Source: Candidatus Bathyarchaeota archaeon
GTDB taxonomy: Archaea > Thermoproteota > Bathyarchaeia > Bathyarchaeales > Bathycorpusculaceae
DNA: 64,000 bases
Assembly: GCA_963833575.1 (NCBI GenBank)
Contig: CAWHXY010000004.1
Coordinates: forward strand, 704,001 to 768,000
Direction: 5' to 3'
The position numbers were made by a program, and so were the translations under genes. Each line of letters opens with the position of its first letter. The stretch's first letter is position 1. Below the pieces are notes generated by a model. That model saw nothing but the letters and a program-made list of their open reading frames with translations. It had not been told where the DNA came from and ran no database searches. Positions 19,589-30,370 of the stretch are shown here, in pieces.

Positions 19589-20185
19589 CTATTTTTTTTT
19601 CAGTAACCTTAAAACCTCAGAATACAACGTGTAGGCAACGTCATCTTTTGGTTTATCGCCATCTATTAGAATAAGCTCGCCTTTCTCAACAAATTTAAGG
19701 TAGACTTCCCGAACTTTCTGCTGTGTTTCTAACGTTTCCATAACCGACTTCTTCCTCTGCAAACGCGCAAGCACTTGTTCTGGAGACACGTCAATAAAAA
19801 TGCTGAAATCCGGTTGCAAAGCACGAGCATTAATAGTTTTAATCCAATCTAAGCTGAGACCAGTGCTACCTTGGTAGGCTAAAGATGAGCAAATGTAGCG
19901 ATCACAGATTACTATTTTGTCTTCGGCTAAAGCTGGAGCTATTTCATTTTGCATATGCTCAATTCGGTCTGCCGCAAACAGTAGTGCTTCAGCTTCTTTT
20001 GGAAGACGTTTTTCTTCATAAAGACAGCCATTTCGTATAAAACTGCCTATTTTACCTTGACTAGGTTCAGCTGTACAAAACACTTTGTAGTTTTCTGAGA
20101 GTTTTTTTGACAGAATGTCTGCTTGTGTGGTTTTCCCACTTCCATCTAAGCCTTCGATGACAATGAAAATGCCTTTTTTGACCAT
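19589..20185 (-). CDS. tmk: Thymidylate kinase
   Basis: FIVIEGLDGSGKTTQ, LLFAADR, DRY..SSLAYQ. Confidence 0.95.
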   Translation of the reverse strand: MVKKGIFIVIEGLDGSGKTTQADILSKKLSENYKVFCTAEPSQGKIGSFIRNGCLYEEKRLPKEAEALLFAADRIEHMQNEIAPALAEDKIVICDRYICSSLAYQGSTGLSLDWIKTINARALQPDFSIFIDVSPEQVLARLQRKKSVMETLETQQKVREVYLKFVEKGELILIDGDKPKDDVAYTLYSEVLRLLKKK

Positions 20186-20261
20186 TTTTTCAACTCAGCA
20201 AATTAGCGTTACACATTATAGGGAGACGTATAAATATAACTTACAATTGCGAGGGTTGCTT

Positions 20262-21542
20262 TTGCCCAAGACATACTGGGGAGAAATAAAGGATCCAGTA
20301 CACGGATACGTGTACATTACCGAGCCAGAAAAAAACATCATCGACTCTTACCCAATGCAGCGTCTAAGACGCCTGCGTCAGCTTGCAGGATCAGAATACG
20401 TTTACCCAGGCGCCAACCATACACGTTTTGAACATTGTTTAGGCGTGATGTTTCTATCAGGCGAAGTCTTAGAAAACCCCAACGTTTCTCGATGCGTAAT
20501 TGATGAAGAAGTTGATATGTGCCGAATTTCAGCTCTGCTCCATGATGCAGGACATGGACCTTTCTCTCATGTGTTTGAACATTTACTCATAAAAGATTTG
20601 GAAAAGACACATGAAGATATGACTTCGTGGATTATTGAAAAAAGTGAAGTTTCGGATAAACTATCAAAGATGGGTTTTAATCCTAAAGATGTGTCACAGC
20701 TTGCCGTTGGAAAACTTCATAAGCCTAACAAAGCGTTTCTTGACCAAATAATAAGCAGCGCCGTTGACGTTGACAAGCAAGATTTCATCGTACGAGACAC
20801 CTACCACACTGGGGCTGAATACGGCTTCATCGATGTTTACCGTTTGATCCATGCACTTGATGTTTTAGGAGAAAATCTAGCTGTGGAACTTGGTGCTCTT
20901 TCAGCTTTGGAAGCATTTATGATTGCGAGGATTGAATCGTTCAAAAGCATCTATTTCCACCGCGTTGGTCGGGCAGCCCAAATCATGCTCGCTTCTGCCA
21001 TGGAAAAAGCAAACAGCGAGTTAGGCTTAACAGCATTTAAGACTCCTGAAGAATACCTAGCGCTTGACGACTACACCGTCTGGTCAGCCCTCAAAAAATG
21101 CAAAGCATCCAAAGGAATCATCAACGACCTAGAAACCCGCAAAATGCTAAAGTGCGCTTATGAACGAACTTTTTATGAGAAAGACACAATGATCTCGAAC
21201 ATTTTTGGTCGGGAATCATACAGGCGCCAGATGCAAAGTGAAATAGCCAAAGAAGCTGGTGTGGATCTCGAATCGGTAATAATTGATGTTCCTACTGTGC
21301 CGTCGGTACCTTATCATCATGCAGTATTAATGGAATCCATGGAAATCCCAGTCTTCACAAGAAATCAGGCAGGAGACAGGAAGCTACAGCGACTAAGCGA
21401 AAGCTCAAAAATCTTTGAAACGCTTAAGGGTTTTATGAACATACTTCGGGTTTATACGGTAGCAGCTGATCGTGAGAAAGTGGAGAAAGCCACAGCTAAA
21501 ATCTTAGGCAAGGTGCCATCCGCCGCTAAAATCTCGTTTTAG
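20262..21542 (+). CDS. HD-domain phosphohydrolase (dNTP triphosphohydrolase, SAMHD1/YwfO-like)
   Basis: IKDPVHG, QRLRRLRQL, YPGANHTRFEH, LLHDAGHGPFSH, DVDKQDFIVRD; TTG start at 20262 inferred. Confidence 0.9.
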   Translation: MPKTYWGEIKDPVHGYVYITEPEKNIIDSYPMQRLRRLRQLAGSEYVYPGANHTRFEHCLGVMFLSGEVLENPNVSRCVIDEEVDMCRISALLHDAGHGPFSHVFEHLLIKDLEKTHEDMTSWIIEKSEVSDKLSKMGFNPKDVSQLAVGKLHKPNKAFLDQIISSAVDVDKQDFIVRDTYHTGAEYGFIDVYRLIHALDVLGENLAVELGALSALEAFMIARIESFKSIYFHRVGRAAQIMLASAMEKANSELGLTAFKTPEEYLALDDYTVWSALKKCKASKGIINDLETRKMLKCAYERTFYEKDTMISNIFGRESYRRQMQSEIAKEAGVDLESVIIDVPTVPSVPYHHAVLMESMEIPVFTRNQAGDRKLQRLSESSKIFETLKGFMNILRVYTVAADREKVEKATAKILGKVPSAAKISF

Positions 21543-21615
21543 CGGTTTTTTCTTAAATACTAGTCCTGCTTAAGAAGAAAAGTGGAGCACCTGAAAGTCT
21601 GCGGAGGAAAATGCT

Positions 21616-22131
21616 ATGGAGAATGACTCAGATGACAAGAAAATCATCAGTGTAAGAATCAAAAAGAAAACTGAAACAAAAACAGAACCTACGGTACTTT
21701 TTAATCAAAGCGACATACGAAAATTCGTGTCCGAATTTATCTCATCATGGATAAGAGGAGACCTCATAATCCGATTTCCAACAGCAGCCGAACTAGCCAA
21801 AAAAACACCTCTAAGCATTGCTTTTCCAACCGACCCATCGGTAAACGCAGAACTGAAAATTAAAGAACATTATGTAGACTTGTTATCTGTAATAACAGGA
21901 ATAAAATCAGGATCCATCGACGAGCAAGAGAAGGCTATTTCCGAAGTTTTCAAAATGCTGATGATGTTTCGATCCGCAAACCGAATCGAAGGAAAACTCC
22001 TCTCAAATGACCTAGAAAAAAGAGTTGAAGAACTAGAAAAAACAGTAAAAGACCAAAGTAAACTTGTTGATCAGATAACTGGATTTTTATTTAAACCAAA
22101 AAACTCAACTAAGAAAGCTCAAGCTAGCTAA
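21616..22131 (+). CDS. Hypothetical protein with C-terminal coiled coil
   Basis: GGAGG RBS upstream; LEKRVEELEKTV heptads. Confidence 0.65.
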   Translation: MENDSDDKKIISVRIKKKTETKTEPTVLFNQSDIRKFVSEFISSWIRGDLIIRFPTAAELAKKTPLSIAFPTDPSVNAELKIKEHYVDLLSVITGIKSGSIDEQEKAISEVFKMLMMFRSANRIEGKLLSNDLEKRVEELEKTVKDQSKLVDQITGFLFKPKNSTKKAQAS

Positions 22132-22201
22132 AAGCTTGATTCTTTAAGGGTAAGGTTTATTCGAAAGAAAAAGCATTCTGCTTGATGCTTTTGTCAAAAG
22201 C

Positions 22202-22276
22202 GCTCCGGTAGTATAGTCCGGTCAAGTATGCCGGCCTTTCGAGTCGGCGACCCGGGTCCAAATCCCGGCCGGAGCA
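22202..22276 (+). tRNA. tRNA-Glu(TTC)
   Basis: GCTCCGG/CCGGAGC acceptor stem, CCGGC-CTTTCGA-GTCGG anticodon arm; T loop TCCAAAT; CCA not encoded. Confidence 0.92.
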
Positions 22277-22514
22277 CTAACTTGCTTACAAATTTGGCTT
22301 TATTTATACCAGTCCATTTTTGAATTATCTCGGTATGCATGGTCTTAATTTGCTTAAAGGATTGTTTAATGGTCTGATTTTTTCGCTATAGCAGAGAGGT
22401 AAAAGTCGAAAACGGATACGTCATCAATACTACTTCGAAAACAGAAAGAATAGGATTGTCATCGAGATTTCAAAAGAAAAGATCAAATGAATTAGACGGT
22501 TTACGATCTACATA

Positions 22515-22736
22515 CTAATCATGCATAGTATGTGGTTTGATATGTGTTTTTTCTGGATTTCCATGTTCGTTTTCCATATGTCTGTCAAGTTGGGTGTGAG
22601 TCTTGAAAGTTTTTCCACATATTTTGCATACTTCTTTTTCTGAATGCAGCCCTTGTATGGGTTCTTCATGCAATGCAGTGGCTTTGGGAAGAGTAGTGGG
22701 CATCTTGTTTGGTTTACCACTCGGTTTTTTGCTCAT
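22515..22736 (-). CDS. Small C2H2 zinc-finger protein
   Basis: CKICGKTFKTHTQLDRHMENEH. Confidence 0.8.
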   Translation of the reverse strand: MSKKPSGKPNKMPTTLPKATALHEEPIQGLHSEKEVCKICGKTFKTHTQLDRHMENEHGNPEKTHIKPHTMHD

Positions 22737-22806
22737 AAAAACAGCACTCGGTTATAATAATTATTCATTGTTTCACTTTAAGTTTAGTCTAAATCATAAA
22801 GTTCAA

Positions 22807-23409
22807 TTAAATATTAGATTGTTTTGAAGCTATTCCTAAAATAAGTACCATTGATTTGATCCATTGATCGCGCACAACTTCATTGGGGAACCCCATCACG
22901 AGTTTAGCCAGCGTTCCAACATAGAGAGATGTGAAAAGTTCTGCCAAAACCCTAGCATTCACATCCATGCGAATTACGCCTTGTTTCTTTTTTTCATTGA
23001 CAAAAGCTTCTATTGCATCTATGTCTTTTTGATAATCCTTAAACACGATTTTTCTGATGTTGGCGTCATGTGATGCAAGTGCGACTATTTCAAAGTGGGT
23101 ATGTAAGTTAGTTTTGTATTTCCCAGTAATGGTTGCATAAACCTGTTCTAGTGCAACTTCAAGATTTTTGCATGCGCCTGTTTCGCCGAGGATGGTTCGC
23201 AATGTTTGGTGACCTTGATGGCTGATTTCTTTGAGGAGGTCCTCTTTGCTCTTAAAGTATGAGTAGAGAGCTCCTTTGCTTACTCCTACTTCTTTAGCGA
23301 CATCATCCATGGTGGCGTCATGGTAGCCTTTTTTGCCGAAAACTACACGGGCAGCTTCTACAATTTTGGATTTAGCTGCTTCTTTATATTCTGGAACTAC
23401 TTTGGGCAT
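22807..23409 (-). CDS. TetR/AcrR family regulator
   Basis: MPKVVPEYK..KGYHDATMDDVAKEVGVSKGALYSYFKSKEDL; divergent from the MFS gene. Confidence 0.93.
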   Translation of the reverse strand: MPKVVPEYKEAAKSKIVEAARVVFGKKGYHDATMDDVAKEVGVSKGALYSYFKSKEDLLKEISHQGHQTLRTILGETGACKNLEVALEQVYATITGKYKTNLHTHFEIVALASHDANIRKIVFKDYQKDIDAIEAFVNEKKKQGVIRMDVNARVLAELFTSLYVGTLAKLVMGFPNEVVRDQWIKSMVLILGIASKQSNI

Positions 23410-23519
23410 TTCTAACCGCGTAATATTGATGTGTATTACTTTAAAACTATTGCTATTGACGACGATAAGTATATTAATTGACTGATAGTCGCTATTTTGA
23501 ATCACGAAGTGAAAACATC

Positions 23520-25001
23520 ATGGGCGCAAGCAATCCAGCTAAAGCAAACGCGGCTACTCTAAAAGGTGGCTCCGGCTCAAGTTACGCAACCAGAGTTCTC
23601 TTAACAGTAACAGCAGTCTCGCTACTGATGAATTATGTTGAAACAATGGTTATTCCCGGCATATACAATATCCAAAAGGACTTATCAACTACATCCACAA
23701 TCGCATCATGGATTACCTCAGCCTTCTTAATTGTTGGAGCTGCGGTCTCACCACTATTTGGAAAACTCGGGGATATTTACGGAAAAAAAAGGGTCTTTCT
23801 TACTGTACTGCTTTTCTATATTGCTGGAGTAGGTTTAGCCGGATTTGCCACAAACATATATATGCTTATAGGCGCCAGAGCTGTCCAAGGCATCGGCTTC
23901 GCCATAGTTCCATTGGGATTAGCTATAATTACAGATGTCTTCCCAAGGGAGCGAGTAGCCACCGCCCAGGGTATAATCAGCGGAACCTTCGCCATCGGAG
24001 CCGCCGCAGGCCTAATCATAGGTGCGTACATAGTACAAGATTTAAGCTGGCAATGGGCTTTCCACACAGCCTTCATACTAAGCATAGTTCTATTCTTTGT
24101 AGCTTTAGTTGCACTTAAGAAAGACGTGCCTGGCGAAAAGAGTAAAGTAGACGTCACGGGGGCAGCTATGTTAATGTCAGGTATAGTTCTTGTATTGTTG
24201 TACTTGACGGAAGGCCCAACTTTAGGTTGGTTATCGCTTGAAAACATCGCGCTCCTAATACCAGGAATAATCTTAACGGTTGGCTTCTTTGCTTTCGAAA
24301 ACAAACAAACCAGCCCACTTATCCACTTGAGTTTGCTTAGAATCAGAAATGTCCTGATTTCAAACTTAGTTGGCATACTGTCCAGCATGTCCATGTTTTT
24401 AGTGTTCTTTGCAGTCATTTACTACGCTCAATACCCTACATTTGGACATTATGGACTGGGTCTAAGCGTCATCAATACTGGATTGACACTAGCACCTGCA
24501 ACCATAGTTATGCTTATCGTTGGACCATTGATGGGCAGGCTTGTAACCAGGATAGGGCCAAAACCCATACTCACTTTGGGGGCATCAATCAGTATTGTAG
24601 GTTTGTTACTGTTTATCTTCTCAAGAGGAAACACAACGGAACTAACTATAGACGTAGCTGTAGCACTAGTGGGAGTCGTATCCCTGATTATACCAATAGT
24701 GAACATGATTTCTGTGTCGGTGCCTAAAGAAAACACAGCAGTAGGCTTAGGGATGAACACTATGTTGCGAAACCTCGGAGGCGCAGTAGGTCCAGTCCTA
24801 GCTACAACCATAATTTCTACATATTACGACAAAGTTGGACCGCCAATATTGCCAACGGTCATGGAGTTCGGGAACAAAACTGCCTTTAACACAATATTCG
24901 CAATAGGCATCGGCTTAATGATAATGATAATCGCACTGAGTTTAACAGCCAAAAACTACACCTTCACCAAAAACAACGCAAAAAAACAAGAAAAACAATA
25001 G
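23520..25001 (+). CDS. MFS transporter (DHA2-like, about 14 TM)
   Basis: GKLGDIYGKKRV, ARAVQGIG, WQWAF, GMNTMLRNLGGAVG. Confidence 0.92.
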   Translation: MGASNPAKANAATLKGGSGSSYATRVLLTVTAVSLLMNYVETMVIPGIYNIQKDLSTTSTIASWITSAFLIVGAAVSPLFGKLGDIYGKKRVFLTVLLFYIAGVGLAGFATNIYMLIGARAVQGIGFAIVPLGLAIITDVFPRERVATAQGIISGTFAIGAAAGLIIGAYIVQDLSWQWAFHTAFILSIVLFFVALVALKKDVPGEKSKVDVTGAAMLMSGIVLVLLYLTEGPTLGWLSLENIALLIPGIILTVGFFAFENKQTSPLIHLSLLRIRNVLISNLVGILSSMSMFLVFFAVIYYAQYPTFGHYGLGLSVINTGLTLAPATIVMLIVGPLMGRLVTRIGPKPILTLGASISIVGLLLFIFSRGNTTELTIDVAVALVGVVSLIIPIVNMISVSVPKENTAVGLGMNTMLRNLGGAVGPVLATTIISTYYDKVGPPILPTVMEFGNKTAFNTIFAIGIGLMIMIIALSLTAKNYTFTKNNAKKQEKQ

Positions 25002-25130
25002 CAAACGTCGGGAAGCAGCCTTTCTTTATCCCAGTCCATGCTACAGATTCCAACCATATTAGCGCTTGATAAATTCAAACGCAACAGATTTAAAAGGAGT
25101 TAACCTAGAAAAGAGAAAGAGGAATAGGAT

Positions 25131-26663
25131 TTGACCACAAACATTCGTTCAGCTTACAACGAGCTCCTTTCAAAAAACAAAGATTCAACTGTGCTTGCCA
25201 CAGCTGGAGGAATAATTCATTGGGATATGGAAACTATGATGCCTCCCGGAGCTGTGGAGCAACGCAGTGAACAACTTGCTTTGTTGAGCCTCATTCAACA
25301 CAAGCTAGCCACTGATCCAGAAAAAGAGAAACTCTTAAACACCATACAAAAAAGCCCAGAATACGAAGCGCTTGGTCAAGTGGAAAAACGAAATCTTTAC
25401 CTGATCAGAAAAAGCTACTTAGAACAAACCAGCCTGCCAGAAAAACTGGTAGCTGACCTTGCCAAACAGGAGGCTTTGACTGTAAATGTTTGGAAAAAAG
25501 CCAAAGCCCAAAAGAACTTTAGCCTCTTCAAAACCGACTTGCAGAAACTCTTAGACTTAAGCAAACAAGCGGCAGAAATCCTCATGAAAGTTAAGGAAAC
25601 CAAAACACCGTACGAAGCGCTGATTGATAATTTTGAACCTAAAATGACTGCGGCTCAGATTACTGCGACTTTTAATGAACTCCAAAAGGGCTTAAAGAAG
25701 CTAATAAAAAGTATTCAAGCCAATGCAGAAAAGCCAGATATGACGATGCTTGATCTGCCTGTTCCAATTGAGAGCCAACGTCAAATTGCCCAGCTTCTAA
25801 CTCAAACATTAGGTTACGATACTTCTTCGTCCGAAGCTCGCGGCAGAATTGATGAGACGGAACATCCATTTACCACTGGCTATTATGACGATGTACGCAT
25901 AACCACCCATTATCACCTAAACAATTTTGCAAGTTCAATCTTTTCGGTGCTTCATGAGACTGGCCATGCAATTTATGAGCAAAACCTGAACCCAAAATGG
26001 AAGTACCAACCCGTAGGTTCAACCTGCTCTTACGGAATACATGAATCACAATCCCGCTTCTACGAAAACGTAATTGGCCGCTCACAAGAGTTCTGGACAT
26101 ACTTTATGCCAAAACTAAAGAAAGCCGCTCCCAACCTCGCCAACATTGAATTAAGCAAATTTATCAAAGCCATCAACAAAGTTGAGCAATCAAAAATCCG
26201 GATAGAAGCCGACGAAGTAACATACAACCTACATATAATCATACGCTTTGAAATTGAAAGAGATCTATTCGCCGACAAAATTACAATCAACGAACTTCCC
26301 CAAATATGGAATGAGAAGTATGAAGAATACCTAGGAGTGAAAGTCGAAAATGACTCTGAAGGAGTAATGCAAGATACACATTGGGCAAGCGGATTATACG
26401 GTTATTTCCCAAGCTACGCACTTGGCAACATTTACAGTGGACAAATAACTGCCGCAATCACTAAGGACATTCCAGACTGGCGCAAACAGTTGACAGAGGG
26501 AAAAATAAATCATCTTAACGATTGGCTGAAAAGAAACATTCACAGTCAAGGTGACCTGTATTACCCTGAAGAGCTAATAAAGAAGGCAACGGAAAAAAAA
26601 TTGGATATTCAATTTTACTTGCAATATCTAAATGAAAAATACGGTAATCTTTATGGTTTTTGA
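25131..26663 (+). CDS. Carboxypeptidase, M32 family
   Basis: HPF, DVRITT, HETGHAIYEQ, HESQSRF, IRIEADE, GYFPSYALG. Confidence 0.95.
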   Translation: MTTNIRSAYNELLSKNKDSTVLATAGGIIHWDMETMMPPGAVEQRSEQLALLSLIQHKLATDPEKEKLLNTIQKSPEYEALGQVEKRNLYLIRKSYLEQTSLPEKLVADLAKQEALTVNVWKKAKAQKNFSLFKTDLQKLLDLSKQAAEILMKVKETKTPYEALIDNFEPKMTAAQITATFNELQKGLKKLIKSIQANAEKPDMTMLDLPVPIESQRQIAQLLTQTLGYDTSSSEARGRIDETEHPFTTGYYDDVRITTHYHLNNFASSIFSVLHETGHAIYEQNLNPKWKYQPVGSTCSYGIHESQSRFYENVIGRSQEFWTYFMPKLKKAAPNLANIELSKFIKAINKVEQSKIRIEADEVTYNLHIIIRFEIERDLFADKITINELPQIWNEKYEEYLGVKVENDSEGVMQDTHWASGLYGYFPSYALGNIYSGQITAAITKDIPDWRKQLTEGKINHLNDWLKRNIHSQGDLYYPEELIKKATEKKLDIQFYLQYLNEKYGNLYGF

Positions 26664-26842
26664 GTGGACGGAGTCTTGTTCAATTCTTTGTACACATATA
26701 TAATTAGATAAGCAGCAATTGCACCGATGAAAAGGTAAATGCCTGAGTAACCAACCACTGCATTATAAATGTTAGCGCTAACTAAGAAGAGCAAAAAACC
26801 CAATATGAATATGCCCAAGCAAGCCCAGTCAGTCCAAGACAC
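26651..26842 (-). CDS. Small 2-TM membrane protein
   Basis: 63-aa hydrophobic ORF with GTGAGG RBS upstream of a GTG start. Confidence 0.6.
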   Translation of the reverse strand: MSWTDWACLGIFILGFLLFLVSANIYNAVVGYSGIYLFIGAIAAYLIIYVYKELNKTPSTQKP

Positions 26843-27045
26843 TGCATTTCCTCACGATGACAAAACAATAAAACTTCAGGATATATAGATTTACCCATAG
26901 CTTTTTCATAAAAACCGCCAACCCAATAGTAAAATATTATATCTCAATTGTCTGCTAAATTTATCATAAACTTCCTAAATATTTTTCAATGGTTCCGACA
27001 TTTTTATATATGTGAAAAACTAAGAGAGCGCTGAGGCTAAAACAG

Positions 27046-28485
27046 ATGTCGGGATCAGAAGTTAAAAAGCCAGAAACAAAAGAAGAATTCATCAAAATGC
27101 TCACAGAAGCATCAAAAAAGGAAATAGATGTTAAGAATAAGCCATCAAAACCGACAGTTATTGGAACTGCAAAAGAAATGGAAATACATAGAGACACACT
27201 TTACACTTGGTTGAAGGAGTTCAATGTCGATTTCAAAGATATTGCTGACAGGGTACCGACAGTAGCTAACGACGTTGAAGAAGATTCAGGACCTACATAC
27301 CTAATCGGTGAATCCTTATTGGGAGAGGGTAACGAGGTTGCACACATTGATCTGATGATCGGTGACAAAAACGGCCCTATTGGACAAGCCTTCGCAAATG
27401 GAATGACACAACTATCAGCCGGACACACACCAGTACTAGCAGTCATCAGACCCAACCTGCCACCAAAACCACACACCCTAATCGTGCCAAAAGTCACCAT
27501 AAAAAACATGGAAGACACAGGCAAGATTTTTGGTCCAGCACAAGCAGCAGTCGCAAAAGCCATCGCTGACTCAGCTGAAGAAGGAATCATCCCAGCAAAC
27601 AAGCTAGATGAATGGGTTATCATCTGCAGCGTGTTCATTCATCCAAAAGCAACAGATTACCGCAAAATATACCAATACAACTATGGCGCAACAAAAATGG
27701 CGTTACAACGAGCCTTAAAGAAGTATCCATCGTTAGAGAAAATAATCTACGACAAAGATCGCGCAAAACACCCAATCATGGGTTTCAAAGTAGCACGTTT
27801 GTGGAGACCACCATATCTACAAATTTCGCTCGATGCACCCTCGATTGAAAATGCCAAGAAAATCATTTCTCAACTTCCAGGAAGCGACAGAATCATCATT
27901 GAAGTAGGTACACCCTTAATCAAACGCTACGGAACAAGAGTAATTAGCGAACTTAGACAATCAGCCAAAGAAGTTTTCATGGTTGCGGACCTAAAAACAC
28001 TTGATGTTGGAAAAGTCGAAGCAGACATAGCATATGAAGACACAGCTGACGCAGTAGTTGCAGCTGGATTAGCGCCGCCAGAAACACTCGACGCATTCGT
28101 ACATGAAGCAAAACGACTTGGAATCTACGGGGTCATCGACATGTTAAACGTTGAAGATGTACTTGGAAAACTTAAATCACTTAAGGAATTCCCAGACATT
28201 GTCATATTGCACAGAGGTATCGATCAAGAAAGCGGCAGAACTTGCGGACTAGAACGTATAAAAATCATACGCCAAACATTCGCAGGTAAAAAGTTCCTAA
28301 TCGCAGTTGCAGGTGGAATCGTGCCAGAGACAGCCAAAGAAGCTTTAGAACAAGGTGCTGATATCCTAATTGTTGGAAGATATGTCACACAGTCAAAAGA
28401 CATTGAACGTGCAGTTAGAGACTTCCTTGAACTTACCCCAGCCATGCGCGAAGACATAGACTTATTCAGAGTACATACAGAATAA
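27046..28485 (+). CDS. fae-hps: Bifunctional formaldehyde-activating enzyme / 3-hexulose-6-phosphate synthase with N-terminal HTH
   Basis: Fae: [41 protein letters not shown]; Hps: [35 protein letters not shown]. Confidence 0.93.
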   Translation: MSGSEVKKPETKEEFIKMLTEASKKEIDVKNKPSKPTVIGTAKEMEIHRDTLYTWLKEFNVDFKDIADRVPTVANDVEEDSGPTYLIGESLLGEGNEVAHIDLMIGDKNGPIGQAFANGMTQLSAGHTPVLAVIRPNLPPKPHTLIVPKVTIKNMEDTGKIFGPAQAAVAKAIADSAEEGIIPANKLDEWVIICSVFIHPKATDYRKIYQYNYGATKMALQRALKKYPSLEKIIYDKDRAKHPIMGFKVARLWRPPYLQISLDAPSIENAKKIISQLPGSDRIIIEVGTPLIKRYGTRVISELRQSAKEVFMVADLKTLDVGKVEADIAYEDTADAVVAAGLAPPETLDAFVHEAKRLGIYGVIDMLNVEDVLGKLKSLKEFPDIVILHRGIDQESGRTCGLERIKIIRQTFAGKKFLIAVAGGIVPETAKEALEQGADILIVGRYVTQSKDIERAVRDFLELTPAMREDIDLFRVHTE

Positions 28486-28533
28486 TTTGAACTTGAGCCC
28501 AAAAGGCTCGCTCAATTTTTTTTCTTTTTAGTT

Positions 28534-29748
28534 TTAATGAAATAATTTTAGAGTTAAGAATGCAACCAAGAAGAGGACAGCTGCAATTAAGAAAGTTGGC
28601 AGATAGTTCAAGTTGGTGGCTAGGAAAGGTCCGAGAAAAGCACCTATTGCTGCGCCTAAGCCGACCATTCCGTCGAATAGACCAGCTTTTCCTTCAGGTA
28701 TGAGTTCCATTGAGAGAGATATCATCATAATGTAATACATTGCATATGTGAAGCCTAGGCAAACGAGAATAAGGCAAGTTATAAAAGTAGGTGCAAAAGC
28801 AAGCGAAATCAAAGCGACTAGTATAAAAACAAGAATACTTCGCGAAAAAACAAAGCGAGGCATTTGTTTTTTAATATTAATTGAATCTGCGCGTCCACGT
28901 ATTAGGAAGTAACCTGCAGTTGCGCCTATGGAATTCAGGATATACGCTAGATAAACGTACTGTTGTTGTTCCCCAAATATGTATTTGAGATAAATCGGTA
29001 GAGGCGTGAAAAAGATGCTTGTTGCAAGAGAAAACAAGACTATTGCCAAAGCGAAACCTCGAAAACTGTCTTTTTTCATCGAGCCGTGCCAGGGTAATCC
29101 ATCCATTAGCCTTGATGAGGCTTCAATTCCACGATTAGTATAATCGAGTTTTCTTTCTATGTTTACTAAGCGTCTTTCAAAAATCATCATTGGGTCAGCA
29201 ATTAGCGCTAATGCCAAAATTAATGAAACCAAGCTTAAACCACTACAGAAATACAAAGCATATATTGACAAAACAGAAAAGCTCAGAGTAGAAACAAAAA
29301 TGAACATTCCAACAGCTAAGCCAATAATAAATCCAATTTCAGTGATAGCTTCATAAAAACCGAAGGATTTCTCCCAATCTTTGCGACTGTAATGCTCGGT
29401 AATAAGCACATTTTTTGGTGATTCATGTGCAACATGAAGCATCTGCATGAAAACGTATAAGATAACAAAAACGATCAAAGTCTTGGCGAATGGAAGCGTC
29501 ATTACGAAAAGAATTACAGCGATCGAAGAGAAAGAAAGAAGAATAAATGCTTTGTAATGTCGCGTTTTGTCACAGAGGTATCCCCAGAGAAATGAAGCAG
29601 GTATCGAGGAGAAAATAGCTATTGAAGTCATTACGCCAAGAGCAATCAGCGTTCCATGCAGGAAAACTACTACATACAGGGGTATGAAAACCGTAAGTAA
29701 CCCAAACGCCATGTCATGGAAGAAGAACCCCAACCGCCACATAGCCAA
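28534..29748 (-). CDS. MFS transporter
   Basis: About 12 TM segments; WGYLCDKTRHYK motif-A-like loop. Confidence 0.85.
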   Translation of the reverse strand: MAMWRLGFFFHDMAFGLLTVFIPLYVVVFLHGTLIALGVMTSIAIFSSIPASFLWGYLCDKTRHYKAFILLSFSSIAVILFVMTLPFAKTLIVFVILYVFMQMLHVAHESPKNVLITEHYSRKDWEKSFGFYEAITEIGFIIGLAVGMFIFVSTLSFSVLSIYALYFCSGLSLVSLILALALIADPMMIFERRLVNIERKLDYTNRGIEASSRLMDGLPWHGSMKKDSFRGFALAIVLFSLATSIFFTPLPIYLKYIFGEQQQYVYLAYILNSIGATAGYFLIRGRADSINIKKQMPRFVFSRSILVFILVALISLAFAPTFITCLILVCLGFTYAMYYIMMISLSMELIPEGKAGLFDGMVGLGAAIGAFLGPFLATNLNYLPTFLIAAVLFLVAFLTLKLFH

Positions 29749-29888
29749 AAGACGACATGAAAGTTAAATTAAAACATTTACCTAAATAAATTTTAATTCG
29801 TCTAAAAGTAGAGAATAGCCAATATTTTTTCATAAATCCTTAATAGAGAGTTGCCCAACTTCATACTCCGCTGGAGATAATCAGCAAA

Positions 29889-30281
29889 ATGACAAAGTTT
29901 AAGATAATAGTATCGGATCCTGAGACAGGAACTTCAAAAGTTGTAGAGCTTGAAGAAGCACGCGCAGCTTCATTCATCGGTAGAAGACTGGGAGAAATAA
30001 TCGACGGCGCAGTAGTAGACCTGCCAGCGCATAAAATACAAATAATGGGCGGATCCGACAAAGACGGCTTTCCTATGATAGGAAACGTTCACGGTGGTGT
30101 TCGCCGAAAAATTGTGCTCAGCGGTGGAGCAGGATTTAAAGCCAAGAAAAGCGGCGAAAGAAAACGCAAAACTGTTCGAGGAAGCACAATAACAGATGAA
30201 ATTGCGCAAATCAACATGAAAATCATTGAAAAACCAGTCGCAAAAGCCACCGAAGCGAAACTTCAACAAGTCACAAAATAA
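29889..30281 (+). CDS. rps6e: 30S ribosomal protein S6e
   Basis: FKIIVSDP, GGSDKDGFPM, GERKRKTVRG. Confidence 0.96.
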   Translation: MTKFKIIVSDPETGTSKVVELEEARAASFIGRRLGEIIDGAVVDLPAHKIQIMGGSDKDGFPMIGNVHGGVRRKIVLSGGAGFKAKKSGERKRKTVRGSTITDEIAQINMKIIEKPVAKATEAKLQQVTK

Positions 30282-30370
30282 GCAAAGTTTGACAAAATAA
30301 AATCCTTAAAACTTATAAACAGCCAATAATTTATTCATAATTCACCAGACTTATCTAAGAAGAGAATAAA

